64,000 bases of DNA from Pseudomonadota bacterium (GCA_021819085.1 JAKASJ010000006.1:38166-102165); one strand, 5' to 3'; positions 32,897 through 46,215 are shown, numbered from the stretch's first letter. Made by a program: numbers and translations. Notes: generated by a model not told the origin, from the sequence alone.

Positions 32897-34156
32897 TCAA
32901 GACAGTGCGGTCTCGATACGGTTAGTGCCCCCACTCTTGGCGCGCCGCAGTGCCATTGAGGCGCGCTGCAGCAGGTCTTCAGGGCCTTCTCCGGGAAGAT
33001 ACCAGGCAAGGCCGGATGAAAATGTCGGAGCAGACATCTGCTTTCCGTGATACTCGAAGTAAGTCCCGATCACCCGGTGCCGGGCCTTGTGCAGTGCCGA
33101 CACTGCCTGTTCACGTCCGGCGTTGGGAAGCAGCACGGCAAACTCCCCGCCGTTGCCACAGCGTGCCACCATGTCGTAGGCCCGGAAGCTTGCCAGAATC
33201 GCGCGCGCGTAGCAGCGCACCACTTCGTCGGCTACCGCGGCACCGGCAAAACTGCCGATGTCTTTGAGCCTGTCCGGGTCGACAATCGCCAGTGCCAGCG
33301 GAATTCCATAACGCTGTGCACGTATCGTCTCGGCCCTGAGGCGATACAGCAGGGCAGCGCGGTTGGGGATTCCGGTAAGCTTATCGGTCAGTGTTGTATC
33401 GTGCGGCCGTGCCGTTTCCTCTCCGAGCCGATCACAAAGGGATTGAAGCTCGCGTGCGCGACTCTCGGCGGTGCGCAGGTGCCCGGCCAGGCGGTCGTGG
33501 TCGCGAATGAGTTCGCCCATGCAATCGAAAAGAATCTGCCGGAGGACGATGACTTCCGACGCATTGTCGGCTTGGGGCAGCGCCAGCTGAGCGGTTTTGA
33601 TGTGGGCGATGAAATCGATCGTTTCGGACAGTGCTCGCTCCAAACTCTGACCGAGCGCAGCATGAACTTCGGCGAGACGATTGCGCTCGGTCCGATGATC
33701 TGGTTCCGTATCGCCGCCGCTTGTCCGCCTCTGCATTTGGCGACGACCACTCATCTCCTGGCTTCTCGCAGACCATAACACCGATGCGATCTGCTGCTCG
33801 AAGTTTTCGATTGATCCGACCGCACCGGCTTTGGCACCCGTTTGCCCCGGACCCGTCGCAGTTCGTGCGTCTTGGCCCGGGTCCAGATACGGGACGATAC
33901 GTTGCTGAATAAGTATGGTGCGCGCACGGGTAGCGGAGTCGCTCAGGGGGTTCTTGCTGTACTGGCGCAAGAGCGCATAGACGAAGGCGATGAAAGCGCG
34001 GTCGACAGACTTGCGAATATTCGTGCGCACGCTGTTACCTCGCTCTAGCTGCGCGTGCAGTACAGCGCCGTCGGGCGTCTGTTGCAGGGTGCTCGCGAGC
34101 GCCAGAAGCGTGCGAACAATCTCCGATTCGTCAGGCAGTGCAGGAACGGCGGTCAA
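32897..34156 (-). CDS. GGDEF-domain protein with degenerate active site
   Basis: TDKLTGIPNR...DMVARCGNGGEFAVLLP...TFSSGLA, with a helical/coiled-coil N-terminus. TTG start at 34156 after GAGGAAG (the ORF extends to 34237). Confidence 0.82.
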   Translation of the reverse strand: MTAVPALPDESEIVRTLLALASTLQQTPDGAVLHAQLERGNSVRTNIRKSVDRAFIAFVYALLRQYSKNPLSDSATRARTILIQQRIVPYLDPGQDARTATGPGQTGAKAGAVGSIENFEQQIASVLWSARSQEMSGRRQMQRRTSGGDTEPDHRTERNRLAEVHAALGQSLERALSETIDFIAHIKTAQLALPQADNASEVIVLRQILFDCMGELIRDHDRLAGHLRTAESRARELQSLCDRLGEETARPHDTTLTDKLTGIPNRAALLYRLRAETIRAQRYGIPLALAIVDPDRLKDIGSFAGAAVADEVVRCYARAILASFRAYDMVARCGNGGEFAVLLPNAGREQAVSALHKARHRVIGTYFEYHGKQMSAPTFSSGLAWYLPGEGPEDLLQRASMALRRAKSGGTNRIETALS

Positions 34157-34466
34157 AAATAGCTTCCTCTGTTGGGCGGATTCCGGATTTAAATGATCCA
34201 CAAGGGAAAATCTACCTTCCAGCGGCCAAAATAACAAATTTCGCAGGAATCGGGCTGCAGCTCCGCCATGTTACCGGCGTGAAGACCGGTTTATGTTCGC
34301 GGCTGGCAACAGTGGTTATGGCGGCTGAAATCCGCCCGTTAACGTCCCGGCAGGTCCACGACCGACTGTCGCAGGCCTCGGGCCTTTGCCCTTGCCGGGG
34401 CTTCGTCCGCCCGCTTGAGCCAGGCCGCGGGTTCTTCGCCATAGCCCGATCGGCGCGCCAGCGGGG

Positions 34467-34884
34467 CTATGGCGACGTGCCCGGTCGATGACTCCAGGGG
34501 GCAGTAGCGGCGAGCGCCACGGGTACGCCCGCACGGCCGCTACGGGCAGGTCGGCTGCCTTCGCCGGCCCGCCGGCAATGCCCTGTTTTTTGAATGCCCC
34601 AGTCCCGAATGCGGTCTGCGGCCGGCAGGCGCCGGATAACTCGGACCGCGATCCTTGTTACCGGGTCGCTTGGGGGCTTGCCGATGTAGTTGTCGAGCAT
34701 ACGCTGCAGCAACCCGGCGAAACCCGGATCGCAGCGACCGCCCCCTTGCCCGATAACGCCGCACGGCACGGTCGATCAGATCGTGGAGGATCTTTCGCTC
34801 CGTGGTTTTCCGCAGGCCAGCCAGCAGGCGCTTGAGGTTTTCCGCGGCGGAATCAGTGCCAGTTCCGATATTTTCAATGTGCAA
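34467..34884 (-). pseudogene. Frameshifted fragment paralogous to the N-terminal domain of the adjacent GGDEF protein
   Basis: Two overlapping minus-strand ORFs join via a 1-nt shift at about 34741-34752 into a sequence that aligns by eye with the GGDEF N-terminus. RBS GAGGGG before TTG 34884. Confidence 0.55.
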
Positions 34885-35068
34885 GACCGCCCCTCGCGGC
34901 AAAACAGTCACCGCCCTACAGTCTGGTTATATGCACAAAACGGTAACCATCCCTGCCGGCAGCGCTGCTGTCCGACCGTCACCCCGGTGCGCCTGACCGA
35001 CGGCCGGGACCGGCCTGACCGGCGTACACTATCGACGATCAGAGATCACTTTTGGGAGACCACGCGAC

Positions 35069-35662
35069 ATGAAAAGTCTGAGCAAGACGTTTCTCACAGG
35101 ATTGTTCGCCATATTGCCGGTCGCCGTTACCTTTTACGTGCTGGTCAAGCTGGCATCCTGGGCGGAGTCGATTTTGGGTACCGCGATAAAGCTGGTGCTT
35201 CCGGCCGGCCTGTACCATGTAGGCATGGGGCTGGTCTCCGGCATATTGCTGATTTTTGTTCTGGGTGTGCTGATGCGGGTCTTCGTGGTGCGTCGCCTGT
35301 TCGGATGGGGCGAGGCTATTCTCGGCCGGATTCCGTTGGTCAAGGTGATTTTCGGTTCGGTGCGTGACCTCATGGGCTTTTTCTCCGGAAGCAAGGCCCG
35401 CGGCTTCAGTCAGGTGGTCTTGGTGAGCCTGGGCCAGACGAACCTCAGCACGCTCGGATTTGTAACCCGCGAAATTTTCACCGGGTTTCCGCCGGAAATG
35501 GGTGGCGAAGATATCGTGGCGGTGTACATACCGCTGAGTTATCAGATCGGCGGGCACATGGTGCTCGTACCGCGTACCGCCATCAAACCACTTCCCATGT
35601 CCATGCAGGATGCGATGCGGTTCGCGATTACTGCAGGCATGACGTCAGGCGTGCCGTCCTGA
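35069..35662 (+). CDS. DUF502 family membrane protein
   Basis: FLTGLFAILPVAVTFYV, RIPLVKVIFGSVRD, LGFVT, AVYIPLSYQIGG. Confidence 0.85.
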   Translation: MKSLSKTFLTGLFAILPVAVTFYVLVKLASWAESILGTAIKLVLPAGLYHVGMGLVSGILLIFVLGVLMRVFVVRRLFGWGEAILGRIPLVKVIFGSVRDLMGFFSGSKARGFSQVVLVSLGQTNLSTLGFVTREIFTGFPPEMGGEDIVAVYIPLSYQIGGHMVLVPRTAIKPLPMSMQDAMRFAITAGMTSGVPS

Positions 35663-35670
35663 AGTGCGCC

Positions 35671-36600
35671 TTATCCGAGATTGAGACGCGCGAGATCCGC
35701 GCGGACGTGTTCGGCCGAGCGGACGAACTCACCGGACTCATCTTCATTCAGCTCCAGCTCCACGACCCGCTCCATGCCGCCGCTGCCCAGTATCACCGGC
35801 ACCCCCATGCATATCCCATTCTGACCGTACTCCCCGTCGAGTATGGCGACGCAGGGAAGGATTCGCTTGCGTCCGTGCTGGATGGCATCGACCATCGTCG
35901 CAACCGCCGCGGCCGGAGCATCGTAGGCGCTGCTGGTCTTGCGCAAAGCCAGGATCTCCGCACCTCCCTGACGTGTTCGTTCGGCGATGCGCGCGACGGT
36001 CTGCGCGTCCAGGAAGCAGCTGATGGGAATGCCATTGATGCAGCTGTATCGGGGCAGTGGGACCATGGTGTCCCCATGCCCTCCCAGCACCATGGCCGTG
36101 ATGTCCTTGATTGAAAAGCCGGTTTCCATCGCCACAAAACTTGCCATGCGTGTCGAGTCAAGGACCCCGGACAGGCCGAAGACCCGGCTGCGCTTCCAGC
36201 CGCTGCGTTTCCATGCCACATAGGTAAGCACGTCAACGGGGTTGGTTACCATGAGAATCATGGCTTTCGGCGCCGAGCGTACCGCCTCATCGACTACCTC
36301 AGTGATAACCGGAACATTGACATCCAGCACGTCGGACCGCGACATTCCAGGTTTGCGGGGGACGCCGGCGGTGATGATGATCAGGTCCGAGCCGGCCATC
36401 GCATTGAGTTCGTTGTGTCCGGTAAGCTTGGTGTCGAACCCGAATATCGGCGCGGATTCCTGTATGTCCAGAGCAGTGCCCTGGGGCATGCCTTCCTTGA
36501 TATCGATGAGTGCGATCCGCCGACACAGTTCCGCCTTGGCGAGATTATGAGCCGTCGACTCGCCTACCCGTCCTGCACCTACGATGGTAATTTTTTCCAT
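35671..36600 (-). CDS. mdh: Malate dehydrogenase (LDH-like type)
   Basis: IVGAGRVG, TAGVPRKPGMSRSD, VTNPVD, VLDSTR, LGGHGD. Confidence 0.95.
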   Translation of the reverse strand: MEKITIVGAGRVGESTAHNLAKAELCRRIALIDIKEGMPQGTALDIQESAPIFGFDTKLTGHNELNAMAGSDLIIITAGVPRKPGMSRSDVLDVNVPVITEVVDEAVRSAPKAMILMVTNPVDVLTYVAWKRSGWKRSRVFGLSGVLDSTRMASFVAMETGFSIKDITAMVLGGHGDTMVPLPRYSCINGIPISCFLDAQTVARIAERTRQGGAEILALRKTSSAYDAPAAAVATMVDAIQHGRKRILPCVAILDGEYGQNGICMGVPVILGSGGMERVVELELNEDESGEFVRSAEHVRADLARLNLG

Positions 36601-36847
36601 TGACCGCTCCTTTATCCGTTTGTCGAGTCTCAGTTCACGCCTTCGACTTTTTTAGTATAGAAGAACGGAGGGGAGTTCCCGGCCGGCGCGTTGCCCGGCA
36701 CCAAATCCGTGTGGCATGCTGCCATGTCCGCCCGCCTTGCATCTGCCGACGAGTGCGCACGGACCGGACTATCGGTCGCGTGCCCAGCCCGTCTCAGGTC
36801 GAGCAAACTCAGATCCAGGATCCGGACAGCGCGGCGAGGTGCCCGGG

Positions 36848-38143
36848 CTATTCCAGTGACAGGCTCTTGGGCTGGCGGCCTGGCCAGACACCATCCGGCG
36901 GTCGGCTGTAATGCGCGGGGAAGGGGCCGCGCGCCACGCCCGAGTCGATGGCCGCCTGAGCCACAGCCGGCGGCACGACCTGGATCAGTCTCGGGTCCAG
37001 CGGCTTGGGAATGATGTAGTCGGGTCCATAGCTCAGGCTTGCCAGTTTATAGGCCTCGAGTACCTGGGCGGGTACGGGTTCGTGTGTCAGGGAACAGAGC
37101 GTTTTGACGGCCGCGATCATCATCTCCCGGTTGATGCTGCGCGCACGCACGTCCAAGGCTCCCCGGAAGATGAACGGAAATCCCAGCACATTATTGATCT
37201 GATTCGGAAAATCTGATCTGCCGGTAGCCATGATCAGGTCGTTGCGCACGCGGTGCGCAACTTCGGGGCGAATCTCCGGGTCGGGGTTGGAAAGCGCAAA
37301 AACAATGGGCCTTGGAGCCATCGACGCGAGCATATCTGGCGTGACCAGATTAGCGGCCGATACGCCCACGAAGACGTCGGCGCCGCCCATGGCATCCGCG
37401 AGGCTGCGTGCCCCGGTGATGTGGGCAAAGCGCTGCTTGTACACGTTCAGGTCATCACGACCGCTATGGATTACACCCTTGCTGTCGACCATCAGGATGT
37501 TCTTGATATCGGCACCGAGGGTCTCCAGCAGGCCCATGGACGTCAGGCCGGCTGCACCCGCCCCCAGACAGACGATGCGGGCCTCCGCAAGTGTTTTGCC
37601 CTGAAGCTCGAGAGCATTGAGCAGGCCGGCGGCAATGATCACTGCTGTGCCATGCTGGTCGTCGTGAAATACCGGGATATCCAAAAGCTTCATGAGGGCT
37701 TCCTCGATCACGAAGCATTCTGGTGCAGCGATATCTTCGAGGTTAATTCCTCCGAATGTTGGCGCGATCGCCGCCACGGTGCTGATAAATTCTTCGGTGG
37801 TGCGCGCCGCAACCTCGATGTCGAATACGTCGATGCCGGCAAAATATTTGAAAAGCACCGCCTTGCCCTCAAGTACCGGTTTCGCCGCTATCGGACCGAC
37901 GTTTCCCAGGCCCAGTACTGCAGTGCCGTCGGTAATGACTGCAACCAGATTGCCGCGGTTGGTGTAGCGGTATGCCGCTTCCGGGTTGCGGGCTATCTCA
38001 CGCACCGGTTCCGCCACACCCGGCGTGTAGGCCAGGGACAGATCGTACTGTGACACGCAGGGTTTGCTTGGCGTAACGCTCAGCTTGCCCGGTACCGGCA
38101 GTGCGTGATAGTCGAGGGCGGCTTGTCTGAAATCGTTATTCAT
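36848..38143 (-). CDS. maeB: NAD(P)-dependent malic enzyme (short form, no PTA domain)
   Basis: [58 protein letters not shown]. Start at ATG 38143. Confidence 0.92.
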   Translation of the reverse strand: MNNDFRQAALDYHALPVPGKLSVTPSKPCVSQYDLSLAYTPGVAEPVREIARNPEAAYRYTNRGNLVAVITDGTAVLGLGNVGPIAAKPVLEGKAVLFKYFAGIDVFDIEVAARTTEEFISTVAAIAPTFGGINLEDIAAPECFVIEEALMKLLDIPVFHDDQHGTAVIIAAGLLNALELQGKTLAEARIVCLGAGAAGLTSMGLLETLGADIKNILMVDSKGVIHSGRDDLNVYKQRFAHITGARSLADAMGGADVFVGVSAANLVTPDMLASMAPRPIVFALSNPDPEIRPEVAHRVRNDLIMATGRSDFPNQINNVLGFPFIFRGALDVRARSINREMMIAAVKTLCSLTHEPVPAQVLEAYKLASLSYGPDYIIPKPLDPRLIQVVPPAVAQAAIDSGVARGPFPAHYSRPPDGVWPGRQPKSLSLE

Positions 38144-38255
38144 ACGCTCGCGTGCCAAACGGGTAGGTATCGATATGCCGGTGGGCGCCGGCTTGTGCGA
38201 CGCGCCCCCCTTCTCCGCTGAAGGCCCGACCAGCCCGGGCGTCTCTCCGGTCCAA

Positions 38256-38287
38256 AACAAGAAGGCGCCATCCGGCGCCTTCTTGTT
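38256..38287 (-). terminator. Intrinsic terminator downstream of rpmE (possibly bidirectional)
   Basis: 14-bp perfect stem AACAAGAAGGCGCC-ATCC-GGCGCCTTCTTGTT with T-rich tails. Confidence 0.8.
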
Positions 38288-38311
38288 GTTCATCAAGAAG
38301 CATCCCGGCTG

Positions 38312-38524
38312 CTAGCGCTTGGCGCTCATTCCGTATTTCTGGCGGAATTTCTCCACCCGTCCGGCACTGTCCACGATCTTCTGTTTGCCCGTATAAAAGG
38401 GGTGGCAGCTAGCACAGACTTCGACCTGCAGGTCATGGCCGAGGGTGGAGCGGGTCTTGAATCCATTGCCGCAGGCGCAGGTTACCTGGATTTCCGTGTA
38501 TTCGGGATGTATGCCGGTTTTCAT
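38312..38524 (-). CDS. rpmE: 50S ribosomal protein L31 (Zn-binding type)
   Basis: MKTGIHPEY...CACG...[13 protein letters not shown]...GRVEKF. Confidence 0.97.
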   Translation of the reverse strand: MKTGIHPEYTEIQVTCACGNGFKTRSTLGHDLQVEVCASCHPFYTGKQKIVDSAGRVEKFRQKYGMSAKR

Positions 38525-38570
38525 GGGTTACCTCTGCTCTGGGCGGGTCGGAAGACCCCAAGGGCCGTGC

Positions 38571-38599
38571 ATCTTAAGCAAAACTCGAGTGCTACGCAA
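38571..38599 (-). promoter_or_regulatory. Putative sigma70 promoter of rpmE
   Basis: TTGCGT-17 bp-TAAGAT followed by the GC-rich discriminator GCACGGCC. Confidence 0.55.
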
Positions 38600-38606
38600 G
38601 CCCGAT

Positions 38607-39863
38607 TCAGCGTTTCATGGAATCGAAAAATTCGGCGTTGTTCTTGGTCGACCGCATCCTGTCGAGCAGGAATTCGGAGGCCTCCATGTCATCCATCGGA
38701 TGCAACAGCTTGCGCAATATCCACATTTTCTGCAGTTCCGTCGGCTCTATCAAGAGTTCTTCGCGGCGCGTGCCGGAACGGTTGATGTTGATGGCCGGAT
38801 AGACGCGCTTTTCCGAGAGCCTGCGGTCAAGATGGATCTCCATGTTGCCCGTGCCCTTGAACTCCTCGTAGATGACGTCGTCCATCTTGGAGCCGGTCTC
38901 AATCAGCGCCGTGGCCAGAATGGTGAGGCTGCCACCCTCCTCGATGTTGCGCGCTGCGCCGAAAAACCGCTTTGGCCGTTGCAGCGCATTTGCGTCGACG
39001 CCACCGGTAAGCACCTTGCCTGAAGCCGGAACAACCGTGTTGTAGGCGCGTGCCAGACGCGTGATCGAATCAAGCAGGATGATCACGTCGCGTTTATGCT
39101 CAACCAGCCGCTTGGCCTTCTCAATCACCATCTCTGCAACCTGCACATGACGGGTTGCGGGCTCGTCGAACGTCGAAGAAATAACTTCGCCGCGGACCGA
39201 GCGCTGCATTTCCGTCACTTCCTCCGGGCGCTCATCGATCAGCAGCACGATCAGCAGGCACTCCGGATGATTGGCGGTGATCGAATGGGCGATGTTTTGC
39301 AACATGACCGTCTTCCCGCTCTTCGGCGAGGAGACGATCAGGCCGCGCTGTCCCATACCTATGGGGGCGATCAGGTCGATCACCCGGCCGGTGAGGTTTT
39401 CGCTCGACGCGTTGTCCCGCTCGAGCTTGAGTCGCCGATTTGGATGCAGCGGCGTCAGGTTCTCGAACAGCACCTTGTTCTTGGCTTCCTCGGGGGACTG
39501 GTAGTTGACCTGGTCCACCTTGAGCAGCGCGAAGTAACGTTCCGATTCTTTGGGCGGACGGATGGTGCCGCTCACTGTGTCGCCAGTACGCAGATTGAAG
39601 CGCCTGATCTGGGACGGCGAAACGTAGATGTCATCCGGTCCGGCCAGGTAGGAACTGTCAGCCGACCGCAGGAATCCGAATCCGTCCTGAAGGATTTCCA
39701 CCACGCCTTCGCCGGTGATGTCCTCTCCCTTTTTTGCCTGGGCCTTGAGCAGTGCGAATATCAGGTCCTGCTTGCGCAGCCGGCTGCCGCCCTCGAGGTC
39801 CATGGCCGTGGCCATGTCGACCAGTTCGGTGGCGGGTTTTTTCTTCAGTTCTGAAAGGTTCAT
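38607..39863 (-). CDS. rho: Transcription termination factor Rho
   Basis: [49 protein letters not shown]. Confidence 0.99.
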   Translation of the reverse strand: MNLSELKKKPATELVDMATAMDLEGGSRLRKQDLIFALLKAQAKKGEDITGEGVVEILQDGFGFLRSADSSYLAGPDDIYVSPSQIRRFNLRTGDTVSGTIRPPKESERYFALLKVDQVNYQSPEEAKNKVLFENLTPLHPNRRLKLERDNASSENLTGRVIDLIAPIGMGQRGLIVSSPKSGKTVMLQNIAHSITANHPECLLIVLLIDERPEEVTEMQRSVRGEVISSTFDEPATRHVQVAEMVIEKAKRLVEHKRDVIILLDSITRLARAYNTVVPASGKVLTGGVDANALQRPKRFFGAARNIEEGGSLTILATALIETGSKMDDVIYEEFKGTGNMEIHLDRRLSEKRVYPAININRSGTRREELLIEPTELQKMWILRKLLHPMDDMEASEFLLDRMRSTKNNAEFFDSMKR

Positions 39864-40021
39864 AAGTCTTTGGGTCGGATCGGTGGCGGCTGGGTACATA
39901 GGGAGGGAACAGGGCGGGCCTGCCCAACGGGGCGGCCCTATGGGTTGAAAGAAAAGGGCTTAAACCTGACTAATTTGGAGTTGGAAAATTCAAAAAGGAA
40001 TTATTCGATTCTTGGTGAGCA

Positions 40022-40050
40022 ACCATAGCACCTGTTTCGGCTGTCGTCCA
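40022..40050 (-). promoter_or_regulatory. Putative rho promoter
   Basis: TGGACG-17 bp-TATGGT with TG extension, in the trxA-rho gap. Confidence 0.45.
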
Positions 40051-40073
40051 GTATGATGTGCCCTGTGACGTCA

Positions 40074-40400
40074 TCACAGGTTGCCGTCGATGAACGCCGA
40101 CAGCTGCGATTTGGAGACCGCGCCGACCTTGGTTGCTTCCACATTGCCGTTTTTGAAAAGCATCAGCGTCGGAATACCGCGAATGCCGTATTTCGGTGGT
40201 GTTGCCGGATTTTCATCGATGTTGAGCTTGATGATCTTGAGCTTGCCTGCGTACTCTCCCGAGATCTCTTCAAGCACGGGAGCAATCATCTTGCAGGGTC
40301 CGCACCACTCCGCCCAGAAATCGACCAACACCGGTCCCGGTGCCTTGAGTACCTCCTGTTCGAACGAGCTGTCCGTAACATGACTGATGTCTTGACTCAT
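40074..40400 (-). CDS. trxA: Thioredoxin
   Basis: [24 protein letters not shown]; lies between rhlB and rho. Confidence 0.98.
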   Translation of the reverse strand: MSQDISHVTDSSFEQEVLKAPGPVLVDFWAEWCGPCKMIAPVLEEISGEYAGKLKIIKLNIDENPATPPKYGIRGIPTLMLFKNGNVEATKVGAVSKSQLSAFIDGNL

Positions 40401-40604
40401 GGTCGATTGTCTCCGACGTGACTGTGGGGTGGGTTGCCAAAAGGCATTCGGGCGCTCCGTTGCCGCATGCCGGGGGCGGTCATATTTTGAGCGGATTTGC
40501 CCTGTCATTGCAAGGATACGGCCGCAAATCGGTGGTTTCAGGCCAGATTTGTGTAACTCCTGTCCCAAAGGTGGGCATTTCCTGTTATTCTTGGCGCACC
40601 ATCA

Positions 40605-42035
40605 ATGAGCACACAACACCCCACTGACCGGCGATTTGCCGACTTGAGCCTGGCGGAACCTCTGCTGCGGGGCGTCGGCGACCTCGGATTCGAATACTGC
40701 ACTCCTATCCAGGCAGCAGCTCTGCCGCTGGCACTGGCGGGGCACGATGTTGCGGGTCAGGCACAGACAGGCACCGGTAAGACTGCGGCATTCCTGCTGG
40801 CAGCGTTCAATTATCTCTTGACACATCCGGCGGCCCCGACCCGCCGCGCCGACCAGCCGCGGGTCGTGATCCTTGCGCCTACTCGCGAGCTGGCCATACA
40901 GATCCACAAGGATGCCGAAATGCTGGGCGCGCATACCGGTCTGCGGCTGGTCCTGGTCTACGGCGGCACCGGATACGAATCTCAGCGACGTGCCCTCGAA
41001 CAGGGGGTGGACGTGCTGGTCGGGACTCCGGGACGCATGATCGATTATTTCAAGCAGCATGTTTTTGGACTCGATGCGGTCCAGGTCATGGTGCTGGATG
41101 AGGCCGACCGCATGTTTGACCTCGGCTTCATCAAGGACATCCGCTATCTGCTGCGGCGGATGCCTCCGCCTGCCCAGCGTTTGGGCATGCTGTTCTCCGC
41201 GACCCTGTCCTATCGCGTTATCGAGCTTGCCTACGAACATATGAATAACCCGCAGCTCATCAAGATTGAGCCGGACAAGATCACTGCGGACAACGTCACC
41301 GAAACGATCTACCACACCGCCAACGAGGAAAAGATCCCCTTGCTTGTGGGCCTGCTGCGGCAAACGGATCCGAGGCGCAGCCTGGTTTTCACCAACACCA
41401 AGGGTGCCGCGGAGCGGCTGCGTGCGTGGCTGTCAGCAAACGGTTTCAATGCCGAAGTGCTTTCGGGAGACGTGCCGCAGACCAAGCGCCAGCATCTGTT
41501 GCGCGAATTCCAGGATGGAAAGCTTCCGATACTGGTAGCAACCGACGTTGCGGCCCGCGGGCTGCACATTCCCGACGTGAGCCACGTATTCAATTTCGAT
41601 CTGCCGCAGGATCCCGAGGACTATGTGCATCGCATAGGGCGCACCGCGCGCGCCGGCGCGACCGGCGACGCCATCAGCTTTGCCTGCGAGGAATACGCAT
41701 TTTCATTGATGGACATCGAGCAGTATATCGGGCACAAGATCCCGGTCGAGCGCTTGAGCGACGACCTGCTGCCCGTACTCGAGCAGCCTCCCGGCTGGGC
41801 GGCGCGCGCGCGTGGGCGTCCTCCAGGCCATCATGACGCACGACCGCGTGGACGCGGGGCGGATCGTTTACGGCGGCACTCCGTCGCAAAGCCGGACAGC
41901 AGAGTCCGCGAACAACCACCACTATCCGTGGCGCCCGAGGTTCCGGACGCGACGGGCCCCAAAGCCGAAACGCCGCGGTCGAAGCGCGGTTCGTTGCACC
42001 GCTACAAGCAGAAAGAGAAGCCGGTGATCGGATGA
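40605..42035 (+). CDS. rhlB: ATP-dependent DEAD-box RNA helicase RhlB
   Basis: [48 protein letters not shown]; divergent from trxA. Confidence 0.95.
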   Translation: MSTQHPTDRRFADLSLAEPLLRGVGDLGFEYCTPIQAAALPLALAGHDVAGQAQTGTGKTAAFLLAAFNYLLTHPAAPTRRADQPRVVILAPTRELAIQIHKDAEMLGAHTGLRLVLVYGGTGYESQRRALEQGVDVLVGTPGRMIDYFKQHVFGLDAVQVMVLDEADRMFDLGFIKDIRYLLRRMPPPAQRLGMLFSATLSYRVIELAYEHMNNPQLIKIEPDKITADNVTETIYHTANEEKIPLLVGLLRQTDPRRSLVFTNTKGAAERLRAWLSANGFNAEVLSGDVPQTKRQHLLREFQDGKLPILVATDVAARGLHIPDVSHVFNFDLPQDPEDYVHRIGRTARAGATGDAISFACEEYAFSLMDIEQYIGHKIPVERLSDDLLPVLEQPPGWAARARGRPPGHHDARPRGRGADRLRRHSVAKPDSRVREQPPLSVAPEVPDATGPKAETPRSKRGSLHRYKQKEKPVIG

Positions 42036-42539
42036 ATTCCGGCGTGGCGGAGCTGCGCCACGTACTGAATGTCGGCAAACCCGCGTTTCGACAGTGCAGG
42101 ACAAGGCTGGCTGCATGACCCTGGCCTGGCTTCACGGATACGCGGCGGGACGATATCTGTACCCCCCGCTTCAGAATTGCCGAACGGGACCCGCATGTTC
42201 GCACTCGCAGGGAATTCAGGCCGCGCGGCCTGTTGCGGACTCACGGTACCGGGCGCATGCCTTCCTTTTTCCCGGTGTCGCGAATCGGGTTCGGCGCCGG
42301 TACAACCCGGCCAGACCGACATGACCTGCGTTCTGTTGCCCGGCCGGGACGCTGCATATTCGGAGCAGCGTCAGTCCGGAAGGAACGTCCGGTTTCGGAT
42401 CCGGCTTACACGTACCTAAAGCGTCCCGACGGCACGACGAAGCCGATTTGATCCTGCAAACGCAGTTGCCGAAGCGCTGCCGGCGGAATGTCTGGATCTC
42501 TTCCTACTCATCGCCGAACAATGCTGGTAATGTAGTGCC

Positions 42540-43907
42540 ATGTCGTGCCCACGCCTGCTTGTCTTGTGTGTGCTCGTTGCCATCCCGGTACTTTCTCCTG
42601 TGGCCGCCTTGGCATCGGACCGGGTTGTTGTGCAACTCGATATCAATGGACCCATCGGTCCAGCCACGAGCGACTATGTGCACCGCGGACTGGCACGCGC
42701 CAAATCCCTTAATGCCGTACTCGTGGTGCTGCGCATGGATACGCCGGGTGGCCTGGACCTGGCCATGCGCCGGATCATACGTGACATTCTTGCTTCGCCC
42801 GTACCAGTGGCGGGGTTCGTCTCGCCAAGCGGAGCGCGTGCGGCCAGCGCCGGCACCTACATTCTCTATGCCTGCAACATCGCCGCCATGGCACCTGCCA
42901 CAAACCTGGGAGCGGCTACTCCCATAGAGATCGGCACTCTGCCGGGCTCCGGCAAAGGGCAGTCGCCCCCCGTGGCCGGCAGCAGCGGAAAACCGGGCGC
43001 AGAGCGCGGGACCGGCACCGAAATGCGGAAAATCGTCAACGATGCTGCCGCCTACATACGCGGCCTCGCGCAGCTGCGTCAGCGTAATGCTGCCTGGGCG
43101 GTAAAGGCGGTACGCCATGCAGTGAGTCTGCCTGCCGAGGAAGCGCTCAAGCTGCGGGTCATCGATCTCATCGCCCGGAATGTTCCCGACCTGCTGGCCA
43201 AGGTCAACGGGCGCACGGTCGGCGTCCCTGGTGGTTCGGTTACCCTAGAAACCGCCGGTGCGCACGTAATTCGCATAAATCCCGGCTGGCGCAATCGCCT
43301 GCTTTCGGTGATCACCAATCCGAGCATGGCATACATTCTGATGCTGCTTGGGATCTACGGCCTGTTCTTCGAGATGTGGCATCCGGGGCTCGTTTTCCCC
43401 GGCGTCCTTGGCGTCATATCCCTGTTGCTGGCCCTGTTCGCTTTTCAGGTCCTGCCGGTGAGCTTCGCCGGTATTGGCCTGATACTGCTTGGTATCGGGA
43501 TGATGGTGGCCGAAATATTTGTGCCGAGCTTCGGGGCGCTCGGGCTCGGAGGGGTCGCCGCATTCGTCGTAGGTTCGGTAATGCTGCTGGATGCGGCTTC
43601 TCCGGGGTTCGGGCCCTCATGGTGGCTGGTTGGCGGTGTGGCGCTGATGAGCGCGGCGTTCTTCATGACGGTGGTCAGTCTGGCGCTGAGGGCGCGTCGG
43701 CGGCCGGTCGTGAGCGGACGCGAGCAGATGATCGGCGCTGTCGGCGAGGCGCTTTCCACCTTCAAGACCGACGGGCGGGTGAGGGTGCATGGCGAGGAGT
43801 GGCAAGCACGCACGCGCCTGCCGCTGGTCCGGGGCCAGAAAGTCAAGGTGGTGGGCATGGAGGGTCTGGTGCTGTCGGTAGAACCATTCGGCGAGGAGGT
43901 CGACTAG
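42540..43907 (+). CDS. nfeD: NfeD family membrane-bound serine protease (long form)
   Basis: [23 protein letters not shown] region, C-terminal OB fold VHGEEWQAR; upstream of the SPFH gene. Confidence 0.92.
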   Translation: MSCPRLLVLCVLVAIPVLSPVAALASDRVVVQLDINGPIGPATSDYVHRGLARAKSLNAVLVVLRMDTPGGLDLAMRRIIRDILASPVPVAGFVSPSGARAASAGTYILYACNIAAMAPATNLGAATPIEIGTLPGSGKGQSPPVAGSSGKPGAERGTGTEMRKIVNDAAAYIRGLAQLRQRNAAWAVKAVRHAVSLPAEEALKLRVIDLIARNVPDLLAKVNGRTVGVPGGSVTLETAGAHVIRINPGWRNRLLSVITNPSMAYILMLLGIYGLFFEMWHPGLVFPGVLGVISLLLALFAFQVLPVSFAGIGLILLGIGMMVAEIFVPSFGALGLGGVAAFVVGSVMLLDAASPGFGPSWWLVGGVALMSAAFFMTVVSLALRARRRPVVSGREQMIGAVGEALSTFKTDGRVRVHGEEWQARTRLPLVRGQKVKVVGMEGLVLSVEPFGEEVD

Positions 43908-43908
43908 C

Positions 43909-44670
43909 ATGGAATTCCTGTCATTGGTCGTCATCGTTCTGGTCGTGCTGGTGTTGCTGATTTCAGCGGTGCGCGTCTTGCGTGAATACGAGCGCGGCGT
44001 GGTGTTTCTTCTCGGGCGGTTCTGGAAGGTCAAGGGACCGGGAATGGTCCTCATCATTCCCGCCATCCAGCAGATGGTCAAGGTGGATTTGCGCACCATT
44101 GTGTTCGAGGTGCCGCCGCAGGACGTGATTTCGCGCGACAACGTATCGGTAAAGGTCAGCGCGGTTGTCTACTTTCGGGTGATCGAGCCGCAGCGGGCAA
44201 TCATCCAGGTAGAGGACTACTATGCAGCAACCAGTCAGCTCGCGCAGACGACCTTGCGCAGTGTTCTCGGAAAGCACGAGCTTGACGAGATGCTGGCGGA
44301 GCGCGACAAGCTGAACGCCGACATCCAGAAGATCCTCGACTCTGCGACCGACGCCTGGGGAATCAAAGTGGCGAACGTCGAGATCAAGCACGTGGATATC
44401 GACGCCGTTCTGGTACGCGCTATTTCCCAACAGGCTGAGGCCGAGCGCCAGAGGCGCGCCAAGATAATCAATGCCGAAGGCGAATTCCAGGCGGCGGAAA
44501 AACTCGTGCAGGCGGCACAACTCATCAGCCAGAGCCCGCAGGCCCTGCAGTTACGCTACCTGCAGACTCTGGTGACCATTGCCGGCGAAAGGAGCTCGAC
44601 CATCGTCTTCCCGCTGCCCGTGGATATCCTCACCACTTTCCGCGACAGTCTGCAAAAGGGGAAGACATAG
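43909..44670 (+). CDS. SPFH/stomatin-like (slipin) protein
   Basis: [45 protein letters not shown]. Confidence 0.94.
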   Translation: MEFLSLVVIVLVVLVLLISAVRVLREYERGVVFLLGRFWKVKGPGMVLIIPAIQQMVKVDLRTIVFEVPPQDVISRDNVSVKVSAVVYFRVIEPQRAIIQVEDYYAATSQLAQTTLRSVLGKHELDEMLAERDKLNADIQKILDSATDAWGIKVANVEIKHVDIDAVLVRAISQQAEAERQRRAKIINAEGEFQAAEKLVQAAQLISQSPQALQLRYLQTLVTIAGERSSTIVFPLPVDILTTFRDSLQKGKT

Positions 44671-44742
44671 CCGGATGCGGTCCCTTCCCCGCCCCGCTGC
44701 CGAACCGTGTGTCACCAGGTGGCATTGGGCGGCCGAACCTCG

Positions 44743-46213
<1,471 letters not shown>

Positions 46214-46215
46214 GG

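Noticed and set aside
42036-42539. 500-bp gap after rhlB with a small hairpin (CGTGGCG...CGCCACG)
   Set aside because: The short stem has no U-tract and the ORFs look non-coding, so there is not enough support for a feature.
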